The position numbers were made by a program, and so were the translations under genes. The notes under the pieces were generated by a model. That model was given only the letters and a program-made list of their open reading frames with translations, was not told the origin of the DNA and ran no database searches. This document shows positions 11,101 to 21,321 of a stretch of 64,000 nucleotides of DNA, one piece after another. Position 1 is the stretch's first letter. Each line of letters opens with the position of its first letter. The DNA comes from a virus, in IMG/VR virus record IMGVR_UViG_3300027788_000006, positions 1 through 64,000 of that record; one strand, 5' to 3'.

Positions 11101-14100
11101 AATTGTAAAGTAGAATTTTTTTGTTTTGTAGCTTTATTTGTTACTTGAAATCCTAAATTAGATTGGAGTACAGCTTGCTCTCCCGGCATTTTTCTTTTGA
11201 CTACTGTATTAGTAATCATAGCATTTAAAATAGTTTCTATTTTAACTTTTTCATATAATTGATTTATATGACTACTACCTGCAGAATCAAATAAAGTTAC
11301 TATAGCCGTCTTAGTATTTAAAGGCATATCTCTTTTCTCCATTTCTTCTAAGATAGTTTGCTTCATACTCTCTTTAGAATAGCTAGGATCTATAAGTTCA
11401 AATTGATTATTGCTATTTTTCTTAAATCCTAATTGCCTAGCCAACTTAGTCATATCTCTTTCTATCAGTGTAGATGTGAGATTGTGGTATCTAGTTATAG
11501 CTTGTTCCCACGATTCTTCTTTACTAAACTCAGAAGCTACGTACTCATCTGATATTGCTCCATTTTCAAATATATTAGTAGGTAACATAACACTACTTTG
11601 TGTACCTATAGAAACTGTCCCAGAACCTCTATTATCTTTAGGATCTTGTTGGATACCAAAGTATTTTAAATCATAAGTTTGCACAGAAGATTGGTTTTCC
11701 ATAGGACTATAATTACCATCTTCGTCTGTAAATTCGTCAAAGGTATTTTTATTATTCTTTTGGGCCCCTAATTTAGTGCTTGATGGGAATACAGTATAAT
11801 CTAAATCATTAGTATTCATATCTTCATATAATTCATCTAAGACATTAGTATTACTTTGCTCTTTGTCAGAAACTAACTTAGATAAATTAGGATGTATTGG
11901 GTATAATGCAAATTTATTAAACATTCTAATATCTATTCCTTTATGATCTATAGCCGCTAATACTTGAGGTTTTAAAGGAGACATCACTAGATCACTTAGA
12001 TCTAACTCTTGATCATTTATTATTTTTTGGTACGTTGCTTCTAATTCTTTACTCCAAGAGGATGTTAATACTCTAGTTTTTCTATAAAAATCTATATGGA
12101 TTAAACCTCCACCATCAAATACTTCCATGTTTTTATAGGTACCATCAATAATATCTAATAGATCAGGACGGCCTACCGTAATCAACTGTTGCTTATACTT
12201 TTCTATATATTGAGAATCCTCTGTAACTTCTTCTCTAGTTGCAAATCTAACAGTTCTTCTGTGCTCTCCTACTTGATTAGGGTAATACTTATCTAATAAG
12301 TTCATAGTAGCCTGAGAAGAATCCGGGTATTTCTTAGGAGAAACTAACCCTGATGTTCTTTTAAATAAATCAGAGTATAAAGCAGGATGTCCTAAAAACA
12401 ATTTAATTTGTTCTATAATTCCCTCTTCTCTTATAAACGTTACCTGCTCTGCCACGATGTTGACCATGTCAGATGGTATCATACCTTTTCCTAAAGCTGT
12501 TATTAGTAGCCCCATCTTTTGCTCACTAAATTTCTTACCCTGAGCCAGCTTTTTAAGTACATTAGGATCAAGTCCTATGTTCTGTACGAATGATCCTTTA
12601 TTTTTAACTAGATTGTACTTAAATAAAAGGTCTTGAGTCTCTTTTACAGTATTATTTAGATAATTTATAATAGCACCTGAAACTTCTGCAGAGTTTAAGT
12701 ATTTTCCTAGCTTTTCTTCACTAAGATTTTTACTGCTAATTAACTTAGAAGCTCCCGGGTTTAATCCTGCAAAGAAAGGATGAGCAAAATATTGTAATTT
12801 ATTTCCATTCTCTAAGCCTTTAATATCTTTAATATTTTTACTTTGTATAGTATGCGCAGTACGGATTTCTGACTCGAGGTACCCTAACATTTGCTCCTTC
12901 ATTCTAATTATACCTTTACTATAATCAGGAGTTCCTACTTTAATAGTTTTTTCTAATTTTTTATTACCAGTTCTTACGAAAGGTACAGCACCTTGCAATA
13001 TAGATCCTACATGTAATAACATTATATCAGCTTTACTAGATGATGATATTTCTTTACCTCTAGGTCTAGTTTCATTTTTTACTCCGTCTATAACTCCTAT
13101 TTCTATTTCATTACCTTCTTTAATTCTCTTAATATATTCAGAATTTAAAAAAGTAGGAGATGATACATTGCCTCCAAACGCAGATGTTAAGTCATTAACG
13201 TCTTCATTTAAATTATCTGCCAATACATTTATAAAACCTTTTAAGGTTATAGCATACTTCTTTCTCCCGGTTATACTGTTGAACTGTAAAGTGCCTGATA
13301 AAAGATCAGTATCTAACTGCACTTGTATAAGTTTGTTTACATTCTGAGATTCATCTCCTTTCATTAAATTAGACACACTTCTATCAGTTAGTATAGATTG
13401 GAATATCCAATTAATACTGTCTAGTAACTCATCATTTGAGTCAATTTCTCCTTGTGCTTTTACTCTGTCTGTAAACTTAATACCTAATAACTCTAGTATA
13501 TCCATTTTTTGAGAAATATCTAAATTAGATACTAGTAAAGTTCTTAAAGGAGTACCTTTAAAATTATAATCCAAGTTGACTACACTTTTACCTCCTTTAA
13601 TTTCTCCTACCTTTGGTATCCTTTGTATATTATACTTAAAATTTTCTCCCCATTTAAGTTTAACTAAATTTCTAGTTGATTCTGCATTTGAGTCAACCAT
13701 AGTTCTATTACCATCTGAAGTTACATTCATAAAAGAGTATGAATCTTTAGAGTTATCAAACGCAGTCATGAATGATGTATATAGATCAAATTGACTTTTA
13801 GTTAATGATGTTAAATCAGAAGGCTCTTCAACTTCTTCTAAATTTAATCTCTTTAATAAAACATGGTATGTAGCATTCTGAGATGCTAGGTCCCTAAGTA
13901 CTATTAGTTTACTATAATTATCAGGTGTATTAGATAAAGCGGAGTATAACACAGACATAGTTTTTCCAAAGTCTGCTAGTTTAGGCATACCTATTTTATT
14001 AACAATAGGATCACCGTTAATCTTATATTGAGGAAGTGTTTTTAATAAGAGTTTTAAATGTGGTTTTATTCTTGTTAAAGGGTTAATCTCATTCGAAGCT

Positions 14101-14960
14101 GTAATACCTAGTGTGTCTCTACTCACAGCTGTTTCTGTAGAGGCTTCATCTTGTTCTAACTCAGCTACATTCTCTAGATTTTGTTGTATATGTTCATTTT
14201 TTAAAGTTAAACCTAATCGTTCTAAAAATACAACATTACTACTAACCAATGACGGCCATAAAGACTCAAGAAATCCACCCTGATCTAACCACTCATCTAA
14301 ATTATCTAGTTCTTCTCCTATAACTTCTTTTGCAAATGAATCTTCAGATGCTTCGTACTCCTCTAATTTTGTATTGTATATTTCAATAAAATTATCTTCT
14401 ATAGCATTATACACGGACCCAGCAGAGCCAGGCATTCCATATGCTTGTGCTATTTTCTCATATAATCTTTGCGTATCCCCTTCATAATCCATTAACTCCG
14501 AAACCTCCATTCTAAATGAAGATCTATTGTTAAGATATTCTAAGTATTGAGCGTCGGTCTCCGCTTTAGTTCCTGGCAAATTTTTTATAAAAACATCTTT
14601 AGATTGAGTAGTTGTTAGAACATTCATTAAACTAGTTACCATCCCTTCATTTAAATATTTCTGAGTAGCTACTGACACACCTCTCTCAGATAAATATAAA
14701 TTAATATCTTTATGGGATTCTCCTATAAGCTCTATAAAGTCTTCATAAGCTTCTAATCCTCCTAGATTTTTAAAAGTCTCATCATATATATCTTCGTCGG
14801 ATTTTAACTTTTTTACATCGTTATAAGATATTTTACTTAGTTCAATTCTAAGTTTAGCCGGCGTAAAGTCTACTTTATATTTTTCTATAAAGCGATTTAA
14901 TTTTCCCTCTTCCTGCACCCATAAAGCGGAAGGTTTCATATTAGTAAGGTTACAGCCCAT
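8142..14960 (-). CDS. Single-chain virion-packaged DNA-dependent RNA polymerase (crAss-like, phi14:2 gp66 type)
   Basis: 2272 aa. GFRIPTEG...GADFDIDKL catalytic motif (DFDID at 10818-10832). Size and position match crAss-like virion RNAPs. Confidence 0.92.
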   Translation of the reverse strand: MGCNLTNMKPSALWVQEEGKLNRFIEKYKVDFTPAKLRIELSKISYNDVKKLKSDEDIYDETFKNLGGLEAYEDFIELIGESHKDINLYLSERGVSVATQKYLNEGMVTSLMNVLTTTQSKDVFIKNLPGTKAETDAQYLEYLNNRSSFRMEVSELMDYEGDTQRLYEKIAQAYGMPGSAGSVYNAIEDNFIEIYNTKLEEYEASEDSFAKEVIGEELDNLDEWLDQGGFLESLWPSLVSSNVVFLERLGLTLKNEHIQQNLENVAELEQDEASTETAVSRDTLGITASNEINPLTRIKPHLKLLLKTLPQYKINGDPIVNKIGMPKLADFGKTMSVLYSALSNTPDNYSKLIVLRDLASQNATYHVLLKRLNLEEVEEPSDLTSLTKSQFDLYTSFMTAFDNSKDSYSFMNVTSDGNRTMVDSNAESTRNLVKLKWGENFKYNIQRIPKVGEIKGGKSVVNLDYNFKGTPLRTLLVSNLDISQKMDILELLGIKFTDRVKAQGEIDSNDELLDSINWIFQSILTDRSVSNLMKGDESQNVNKLIQVQLDTDLLSGTLQFNSITGRKKYAITLKGFINVLADNLNEDVNDLTSAFGGNVSSPTFLNSEYIKRIKEGNEIEIGVIDGVKNETRPRGKEISSSSKADIMLLHVGSILQGAVPFVRTGNKKLEKTIKVGTPDYSKGIIRMKEQMLGYLESEIRTAHTIQSKNIKDIKGLENGNKLQYFAHPFFAGLNPGASKLISSKNLSEEKLGKYLNSAEVSGAIINYLNNTVKETQDLLFKYNLVKNKGSFVQNIGLDPNVLKKLAQGKKFSEQKMGLLITALGKGMIPSDMVNIVAEQVTFIREEGIIEQIKLFLGHPALYSDLFKRTSGLVSPKKYPDSSQATMNLLDKYYPNQVGEHRRTVRFATREEVTEDSQYIEKYKQQLITVGRPDLLDIIDGTYKNMEVFDGGGLIHIDFYRKTRVLTSSWSKELEATYQKIINDQELDLSDLVMSPLKPQVLAAIDHKGIDIRMFNKFALYPIHPNLSKLVSDKEQSNTNVLDELYEDMNTNDLDYTVFPSSTKLGAQKNNKNTFDEFTDEDGNYSPMENQSSVQTYDLKYFGIQQDPKDNRGSGTVSIGTQSSVMLPTNIFENGAISDEYVASEFSKEESWEQAITRYHNLTSTLIERDMTKLARQLGFKKNSNNQFELIDPSYSKESMKQTILEEMEKRDMPLNTKTAIVTLFDSAGSSHINQLYEKVKIETILNAMITNTVVKRKMPGEQAVLQSNLGFQVTNKATKQKNSTLQLDRKLKFYDIDETTGKTTAMQVYLPHYFKKYLGKDFDVKQASQEALQLIGFRIPTEGLNSIDFIEVVGFLPQSAGSTIIVPSEMVAKTGADFDIDKLTIYLPNTEFQDGTIDLVKEFTPRPDGSLSKEDLKRLRELDIDIYSSIITTFMPPSVASFRLEQLRNREELEELDADLAEYDLSGLGTPMQGGIDMTAIQPRQVLQNELLTFMKNVLEHPSSFAQLMTPVGALDLETRAEEIHEIQNPGYKTKKSISEETSFSNILDTTFNMYQTLGGTGIVATGITHAAKAQRAGLMWNPLAEVEFNFEGIDPSSVSLSRSRDVEGGFINASMQKYVSAYVDGEKNPFAMYVNAGKDMAAIHMVLLRSGVPLRTVLSFMSQPIIHDYVKSRNESQAESMSSNDFLYNSNIKKSLITKYGGQLPNNPRMFNEARLNEMLEKKFEDMSENEKSVQVQVLTDMLRYKEYGLDLLDLQQVSSYDTTKLQNGNEVIYLKALQEKVDEKAMFLNADKLIEDSFLQPLKDTFMNSKTILSGIDLKNSSDIIHRKYIELAKDLITADRFKDDIIYYLSQFDNFLSAYIILQEREGFTNIAEQIEPMFRGENSLPRRLKDEAVGIDNLALDNLLPILDEYSQTSHESNIDSIRLIGKKYDVEDLNDLVDEMNSLKEENPKLFEDLLKFSLAQSGLSYSPYAFGSILPSEDVLALTSPRYTNFVTKVNLHGFNQAYWEKAYNSFLSNSYNNPRIVPQRYTTKQSLIKHLNKDIIPLAQIDKFIVEALLKNPYITLVHTKNKKDKTYYYDMFRLEGDNLVRQEKRGVKNRFLETSGNIIPSNTIKRVRKTLPLGLENIKKVLNGEKTNHLLSRQGKTIPISGEYLLPDGSVVNLEIGSINRKKLEGTSTDSKRLRDTLDISNKNPIFAFANSLGFQDMSGFAKSYPGFIKGSTMDVAAITVISRSNMDLNEDAKGTEQEGSTSSLSEKVKSKYNKTNKEC

Positions 14961-14962
14961 AT

Positions 14963-15187
14963 TTATTTCTTTTTATTATTAGCAAATGATTGCGCACCAG
15001 ATATACCAAAACATCCTAGAACTACCCATGTAAATGAGTCATATATTGTTTCGTTAATTACTAAATCTTTTCCTACGTATCCAGTTATTAAATCTGTGCA
15101 TGCAAATATAACCATTATAGTGAATGCAATGAAGCCTACTATAGATTTTTCATTCCAATCGTTATTATCTTTAAATATATTCCACAT
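14963..15187 (-). CDS. Small two-transmembrane protein
   Basis: 74 aa, two hydrophobic helices, basic C-tail NNKKK; TAATG overlap with the upstream gene. Confidence 0.7.
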   Translation of the reverse strand: MWNIFKDNNDWNEKSIVGFIAFTIMVIFACTDLITGYVGKDLVINETIYDSFTWVVLGCFGISGAQSFANNKKK

Positions 15188-18100
15188 TAGCAGTCGTCTT
15201 TCTTACGTTTCTCACTCCTATGAGTGTTACCCCCTGTTCTTTTTGTTCTATGAGTGTATAATATACCATCATTATCTTTTATTAGTTTTACAGTTTTCTC
15301 TCCCTTCTTAGAGTTCGTGTCCTCAATAAGGTCCGCTAAATACTCCCCTCTATTCTCTGATGAGATATTAGCACCTGCAGGAGGTACCCCTGTTGGAGCT
15401 TGTTCACTTTTTGGCCCTTGGTTAACACTTGGCCCCTGTGGTTTAACAAATACTTTTAAATCCTTTGTAGGAGCCTCTTCTATAGCCTCTTTAGCAGAAC
15501 TAACTCCTATGTCATCTAATTGATCAACTGATTTATTTCTTTCTAGAGTTACAAATCCATTTAAAAATTGAGGTGCATCTAATTCATCAGAAGTTTCTAC
15601 TAAGTTTGTATATGCAGGTATTTGATCTAAAGGCCTATCAACAGTTGTATTACCATCGCCTAGTAAATAGTCTGTATAATTATCCCATTTAGTGGACTTA
15701 ACATCCATATCAGTACCTACTGTAAATTCAAAGAATGGTTCATAAGATGTGGTAGGGTATGTAGGAGCTTTTTCTAAAAATGCTTTTTTCTTACTCTTTG
15801 CAGTTTTCTTTCTCTTTTCATAAGATACTAGATTAGCATTATATTTTTTACCCACATCGCTCCTAGAAGTTAAATCTTTTTTTAGAGAAAAGTAATTTAC
15901 TTGGTGATGTAAGCCTTTTAAAAAATCTAAGAATTGTTTATTAACCTCAGTGTTAGATTCTGGAGTAAGTAATTGATGAAACTCTATTATAGATTCTCCA
16001 AAATATATTTTATTCCCTTGAACATTTAATTTCTTGTGTATAGGCGCATTTTCAAAAGAATGCTTACCCATATATATAGTATCTTTTAATGCGTGAAGTA
16101 TTTGTTTAGGATTACCTTCTTGTAGTATTTGAGACTCTTTGTATGACATCTCTTTATTTTTTACTTGAGCGTGTCTGACAGCCAAAAGCTTAAACATGTT
16201 TAATACATTCTCATATGCAGCTCCTGTTAATTTATTAACTCTTACAGGTACTAACTTACCTGCCTTATTAGTGTAAGGAAATCCTTTAGGTACTTTATAA
16301 TCTTTACCAAATACACTTACTTTACCATTTAATGAAACTCTAAGTCCTATATCTTTAACTTGATGTTTATTATCAACTATGGATCTACTAGCTCTAGCAG
16401 GTGGTCTCTTAATTTCAGGTCTAAATAATAATGTAAAGCTAGCCCCTTTTAATTTTATTAATTTAGGCTCAGTAAGTTGTAATATATCCTCTCTAAATTT
16501 AATATGATCTTTATGAATATCTTGAGCGTCTTGAGTAAGTTCCCCTGTTATACCTGTCTTACCATTCTTTAATAAAATTTCTTGATATGTATCTTCTTTT
16601 AAATCTAATTTACCATATCTATAAACTTCAACTTCTTTACCGTTGGCATCTTGTACTTTCTTAGTTAACTCTGACCCAGGAAGATCCGAGTATATAGGCT
16701 TACCACCTACTAATACTGGTTTACCTTTTACATCTGTTAAAATTAATTTAATTGTTTCCTTGTCCTCAGTTAAGATAGATCCTTGCATATCGGATGCATA
16801 CTTAAATGATTTACTGGAAAGATCATAAAATGTTATTTCAGATTGTAAGTTTTTAGGAATTATATTTTTATTCGCAACCATAAATCTATACTTCTTCATG
16901 TCATACTTAAAGTCAGAAGTTCCTTTAACTTCTGGGTATAGCTTTGGTAAGAATTTAAATAATCTCAATTGAGATTCTACATGTGCATACTTAATTGGAT
17001 CTACTTTCTGCTTTTTAACCAATAGCTCTTGCATCTCCTTATACTCTCTTAAAGCCTGGTCATGCGCGCCTGTAGTCTTCATCATCCTTAACACTGTTAT
17101 AGGAGATGAATTTAAATACATACCAGACTGCTCACCCTGCTTTGTCAGAGTGCCTAGATCAGTATGTGCTCCATGACTATCCGCAACTTCATCGTCTACA
17201 GTATCTTCTGAGAACGACGGATTACGTAATTCGTCCATCTTGTCTCTTAGATATGTGTAATGCCCTATTACCTCATTTTGTAAAGCTTGATAATCTATAA
17301 TAGTTTGAAATGTCTCTTGACCTGCCCTTAAAAGAGAAGATGACATTTGATTTAACTGATTAAGTATCTCAGCTTTTTCAATTTCTAATTCTTTGAATTG
17401 TTTTTTAGATGCTCTTACACCAGGTACACCTTTATTGTTTACGCCAAGAAGTCCTTTTTCTGTTATCGTATATAGATTAGCTAGTCCTGCAATATCTTTC
17501 TCTATAGCAGCTAATCTATCTACTAAGGCTTTAGCTCCGGTATCCACCGATGCTAATAATTCAATAGCTCTATCTTGAGTTGACAACAGAAGATCACCTA
17601 AAGTTTGACTTTTAGTCTGACTATTGTACTCTCTCCAACGGCTTCGTAATATAGAAGCACCTTTTGGATTATCGATTAGATCTTGATTAACCGGAAGATC
17701 TCTAAATTGCTGTAGACTATAGTCTGGTTTAGTAGTATGTAATAAATTCTTGAGGGTAGTATCTTCTATAGAGTCAAATATATTACTTAGTACAGTAGAT
17801 AGCTCTCCGCCCCATTGTCTTTTAAATATACTAGTCATTAAAGCCACAACCTCTTGTTCAGTCTTTGCATTTTCACTTTCCTCTCTTATTCCGTGAAGAA
17901 CTTTCATGTCGTCTTCAACTCTAGTGAGCCTGCTCTTATATTGCTCTAAATCTTGTTTTGCTTTAGATACCCTTTTTTCTAATTTAGATATAGTATTAGA
18001 ATGAGCAGTTTTAGCAAGTGCAATATCTTTAGCGCTGCTTACGTTAGCCTCTATGAATGCCTGTAAATCTGATACAGCTTTTTCTAATTCTTTTTGCATT

Positions 18101-21100
18101 ACATCCATACCTTCTTGTACAACTCCTAATCCTTCTGCTAATTCTTCAGCAGCATAGTCTAAAGAACTTTCAAGATATTCTGAAGTTAGATCATTACCTG
18201 TAATAGTTTTTATATGCCCGTGAGTAGCTTGCAACAACGTAGATAACTTTTCCTTCTGTAATCTAGGCCCAAACCCTAGAGCAGCTAATTCTTTTTCTAG
18301 AACATCTAATCTTGTTCTTGAAGACAAAGCTTCAGCTTTTAAATTTTGTTTTGTATAAGATGCTAATTCTTCCTTAAGTTGTTCTTGCCTTCTTAATAAA
18401 GTTAAAGCTTCTAGAGTTGGAACTGCTATTAATACCTCATCTTCTCCTGATTCTATAGGAGTGTCTTGTACTATAAATCTGTGAGTCTTAGTAACTCCAT
18501 CACTTTCAATATCAAATTCTACAACAGTTCCCTTATGTCTTCTGTATAACCTTTCTAAATCTTTATCATTAAGCTTAATATCACCCTGCTCTTTATTGAA
18601 GCTAAGAACTCTTTGTAACATCATTTCAGGTGGTGCTATAGCTTCTCCTCCTTCAAAGTTAAAAGGCTTTCTTAAAGTAGGATTCCAAACTAAATCCTCC
18701 TTAAGTTCTAATAATTCATTATACATACTTAGGGCCCTGTGTCTTCTAGCTCTAATCTTTCTAGCATCTTTTAACATTTGTATAACATCTTCACTATGCT
18801 GTGCATAAGACGAAGGGTTGCTAGAATTCCAGTTATCTATATAAGTTTGCTCCATTGCACTTAAGTCCGGGTCTAAAGCGTTGCTTATATTTTTAGATAA
18901 ATATGACATTCTATTTAGCACAGAATTTAATTCTGCGCCTAACTCTTCTGTACGTTTATCTTTTTCTTTAGGAGATAAAGATTCATCAGAGTGTACGTTA
19001 TCTATTCTAGCCTGTAAGTCTGCTTTCTTTTGAGCTAACACACTAAACAATTCTTCTAGATGGGTAGGATCTGTAAATTCTTTAATCCCTAATTTTCTTT
19101 TTACTTGCTGTCCTTCAGGAGAGTTCTCTTCTGCTTTCTTATATTTAGCAGGCAATCTTTGAGTTACTTTACTTTGTCTATCCTTAGATTCAGAAATCTC
19201 AGCCTGCCCTGCAAGTGCTTTATCTTCATACTCAGTATTTTCTATAGTAACCCCCGTTATAGCTTCTATAGTTTTTATTATATTATCTTCTCTAAAATCT
19301 GCATCTTCCGAAACAGCCATGGCGTGTACTATAGCATCCTTTTGGCTGCTACCATAATTAACAAAAGATTTATCTACCATCTTTCTAGTATTCTTGATAG
19401 TCTCAGTTCTCGCAACTAGTGCATCTGCTATTTCATTTCTCCTAGTTTCTAGCTCAGTGTCTGTAAGATCATTCTTATCGTTATATAAAAACGTACTTCT
19501 AAATTCTTCTTTAGACAGGCTTTTTATCATATCTATATTATCATATATCTCTTCCTCCATGCCGGCCTCTAATCGAGAAGATATATAATTGTATATAGCA
19601 TCTCCCTCTGCATTCTTAAACATAAAAGGACTATCTATAACATCTGCAAAATCTTTACTATCTTGTATAACTTTATCTCTTACAAGAGAATCAAAGTTAC
19701 GTTCAAAAGCTGCTAGAACAGTAGGATCTTTCTCTAATCTTTCTTTTAATCTAGTTATAGCTTTTTTATATTCTCTTCCCCGTTTTACTGAAGCCCAGGC
19801 ACCGTTCATCTGCCATTTCTTTTCATCTTTCCCTTCTGCAGTTTTCTTACCGGTTTTTCCTTTAGTAGGTATACCCAGAGCTCCTAGAATAAAACCTATC
19901 CCTATTTCTTTTTGTCCTTCTTTGGAGCCATATACATCTGCAAATCTATCATCAAAATTATCTATTAATTCTGCTAACATATTTACTGACTCTCCATCCT
20001 TCTTAGCTTGGTAGTAATTTAGACCAGCAGTTTGCCCAGACAAGTCTAATAGTTTCTGACCACCTTCTTCAACAAATCCTTCATACAAAGGAGTCTTAAG
20101 AACTCTAAATAAATTTCTTGCTACAACTTCTTTCTGTCCTATATTTTTAAATAACTCTCTGTAAGCTCTTCCTTTTTCCGTTAGATTACTTTTAATAGTA
20201 TTTTTCAATGAATTTCTACTACTATTAAATCCTTTACCAAATAATTTTGGAAACATCATATAGTTACTATATCCCACCAAAGCTACGTTACCTGCAAATA
20301 CAGCATTACCAGATTTAGTTGCTATATCCACCAATCCCGACATATCATTTTTACTAGGCTCTTGACCATTATGCTCTTCTTTGTATAGTTCTACTAAATT
20401 CTTAAGTGTAGCATCATAGTGATGCCTAGACTCAACTCCAGCTTCATACATAGCACCGGTACCTAACTGTCTTAAAGTAGTAAGTCCTCCTTGTAATCTG
20501 TGGGGATTTACTACTTTATCTTTAAATAATTGTTTACCTACTGTACTAGAAGTACCAGCCTTTGCATGTTTACTTGATTTAGTAAATAATTGTTTAGCTT
20601 TCATAGCTACCTGACCACGAGCCAATCCAGCACTTAAGTACTCAGACAGCACAGCACCTGTAACAAATGATAATCCATTAGCTACATCATTAGACCAGAA
20701 ATTTGGAGTACCCATAGATCTCCAAAAATTATATTCTTGCTCTTCTTTAGTATAGTAATGAGGAAGCTTATCGTCCATCCAATTGTTAATGCCATCGAGA
20801 CCTCTTTGAAAATCATTATCCCAGAAGTTCTTTGCTGCACTTTCCCCTGGAGTTGCTATTCCTGATAAGAAAGCGCCTCCCCCATAAACTAAACCTGCGG
20901 TAGAACCTATAACATTAGCTCCTACTTTAGTTACAAACTTAGGTAGTGCAAATTTCCACTTTTCTCCAGTGGTTTGACCATAAGCTCTTAAGTCCTCAGC
21001 ATCATCTGATATAAAAGAAAACGGTCTATCTATATAATCAGCATAATCATCATAAGAAACATCATTCAAATTCTTACCATAGATAGGACCACTAGAACTA

Positions 21101-21321
21101 GTTCTTATGCTATGTTCTAAATTACTTTCACCTTCCTCTGGAGTTGATATTTCACTTGCTGATTCAACACCTAACTGCTTTATATATTCCAATTCCTTAG
21201 CTGTAGTTTCAGCTTGTTTTGCCTGAGCTTGGTTATCTACTAATTGATTAGGATCTAAAATTGAATCATCCCCTGGCTGTAAAAGTCCTTGTGTATTTTC
21301 TACTCCTATGCTTTGAGACAT
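15187..21321 (-). CDS. Giant virion cargo/ejection protein
   Basis: 2044 aa with N-terminal Gly-rich hydrophobic segments and long coiled coils; lies upstream of the RNAP as in crAss-like cargo clusters. Confidence 0.75.
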   Translation of the reverse strand: MSQSIGVENTQGLLQPGDDSILDPNQLVDNQAQAKQAETTAKELEYIKQLGVESASEISTPEEGESNLEHSIRTSSSGPIYGKNLNDVSYDDYADYIDRPFSFISDDAEDLRAYGQTTGEKWKFALPKFVTKVGANVIGSTAGLVYGGGAFLSGIATPGESAAKNFWDNDFQRGLDGINNWMDDKLPHYYTKEEQEYNFWRSMGTPNFWSNDVANGLSFVTGAVLSEYLSAGLARGQVAMKAKQLFTKSSKHAKAGTSSTVGKQLFKDKVVNPHRLQGGLTTLRQLGTGAMYEAGVESRHHYDATLKNLVELYKEEHNGQEPSKNDMSGLVDIATKSGNAVFAGNVALVGYSNYMMFPKLFGKGFNSSRNSLKNTIKSNLTEKGRAYRELFKNIGQKEVVARNLFRVLKTPLYEGFVEEGGQKLLDLSGQTAGLNYYQAKKDGESVNMLAELIDNFDDRFADVYGSKEGQKEIGIGFILGALGIPTKGKTGKKTAEGKDEKKWQMNGAWASVKRGREYKKAITRLKERLEKDPTVLAAFERNFDSLVRDKVIQDSKDFADVIDSPFMFKNAEGDAIYNYISSRLEAGMEEEIYDNIDMIKSLSKEEFRSTFLYNDKNDLTDTELETRRNEIADALVARTETIKNTRKMVDKSFVNYGSSQKDAIVHAMAVSEDADFREDNIIKTIEAITGVTIENTEYEDKALAGQAEISESKDRQSKVTQRLPAKYKKAEENSPEGQQVKRKLGIKEFTDPTHLEELFSVLAQKKADLQARIDNVHSDESLSPKEKDKRTEELGAELNSVLNRMSYLSKNISNALDPDLSAMEQTYIDNWNSSNPSSYAQHSEDVIQMLKDARKIRARRHRALSMYNELLELKEDLVWNPTLRKPFNFEGGEAIAPPEMMLQRVLSFNKEQGDIKLNDKDLERLYRRHKGTVVEFDIESDGVTKTHRFIVQDTPIESGEDEVLIAVPTLEALTLLRRQEQLKEELASYTKQNLKAEALSSRTRLDVLEKELAALGFGPRLQKEKLSTLLQATHGHIKTITGNDLTSEYLESSLDYAAEELAEGLGVVQEGMDVMQKELEKAVSDLQAFIEANVSSAKDIALAKTAHSNTISKLEKRVSKAKQDLEQYKSRLTRVEDDMKVLHGIREESENAKTEQEVVALMTSIFKRQWGGELSTVLSNIFDSIEDTTLKNLLHTTKPDYSLQQFRDLPVNQDLIDNPKGASILRSRWREYNSQTKSQTLGDLLLSTQDRAIELLASVDTGAKALVDRLAAIEKDIAGLANLYTITEKGLLGVNNKGVPGVRASKKQFKELEIEKAEILNQLNQMSSSLLRAGQETFQTIIDYQALQNEVIGHYTYLRDKMDELRNPSFSEDTVDDEVADSHGAHTDLGTLTKQGEQSGMYLNSSPITVLRMMKTTGAHDQALREYKEMQELLVKKQKVDPIKYAHVESQLRLFKFLPKLYPEVKGTSDFKYDMKKYRFMVANKNIIPKNLQSEITFYDLSSKSFKYASDMQGSILTEDKETIKLILTDVKGKPVLVGGKPIYSDLPGSELTKKVQDANGKEVEVYRYGKLDLKEDTYQEILLKNGKTGITGELTQDAQDIHKDHIKFREDILQLTEPKLIKLKGASFTLLFRPEIKRPPARASRSIVDNKHQVKDIGLRVSLNGKVSVFGKDYKVPKGFPYTNKAGKLVPVRVNKLTGAAYENVLNMFKLLAVRHAQVKNKEMSYKESQILQEGNPKQILHALKDTIYMGKHSFENAPIHKKLNVQGNKIYFGESIIEFHQLLTPESNTEVNKQFLDFLKGLHHQVNYFSLKKDLTSRSDVGKKYNANLVSYEKRKKTAKSKKKAFLEKAPTYPTTSYEPFFEFTVGTDMDVKSTKWDNYTDYLLGDGNTTVDRPLDQIPAYTNLVETSDELDAPQFLNGFVTLERNKSVDQLDDIGVSSAKEAIEEAPTKDLKVFVKPQGPSVNQGPKSEQAPTGVPPAGANISSENRGEYLADLIEDTNSKKGEKTVKLIKDNDGILYTHRTKRTGGNTHRSEKRKKDDC

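Noticed and set aside
8142-14960. Intein, intron or split RNAP; likewise for TerL, portal and MCP
   Set aside because: ORFs are continuous and of expected size. There is no internal Cys in the RNAP and no LAGLIDADG or HNH motif was recognised.
8130-14960. MGC/MAC starts as lipoprotein or eukaryotic acylation signals
   Set aside because: No signal peptide precedes the Cys and the context is a bacteriophage. It would also not explain the matching C-terminal Cys.
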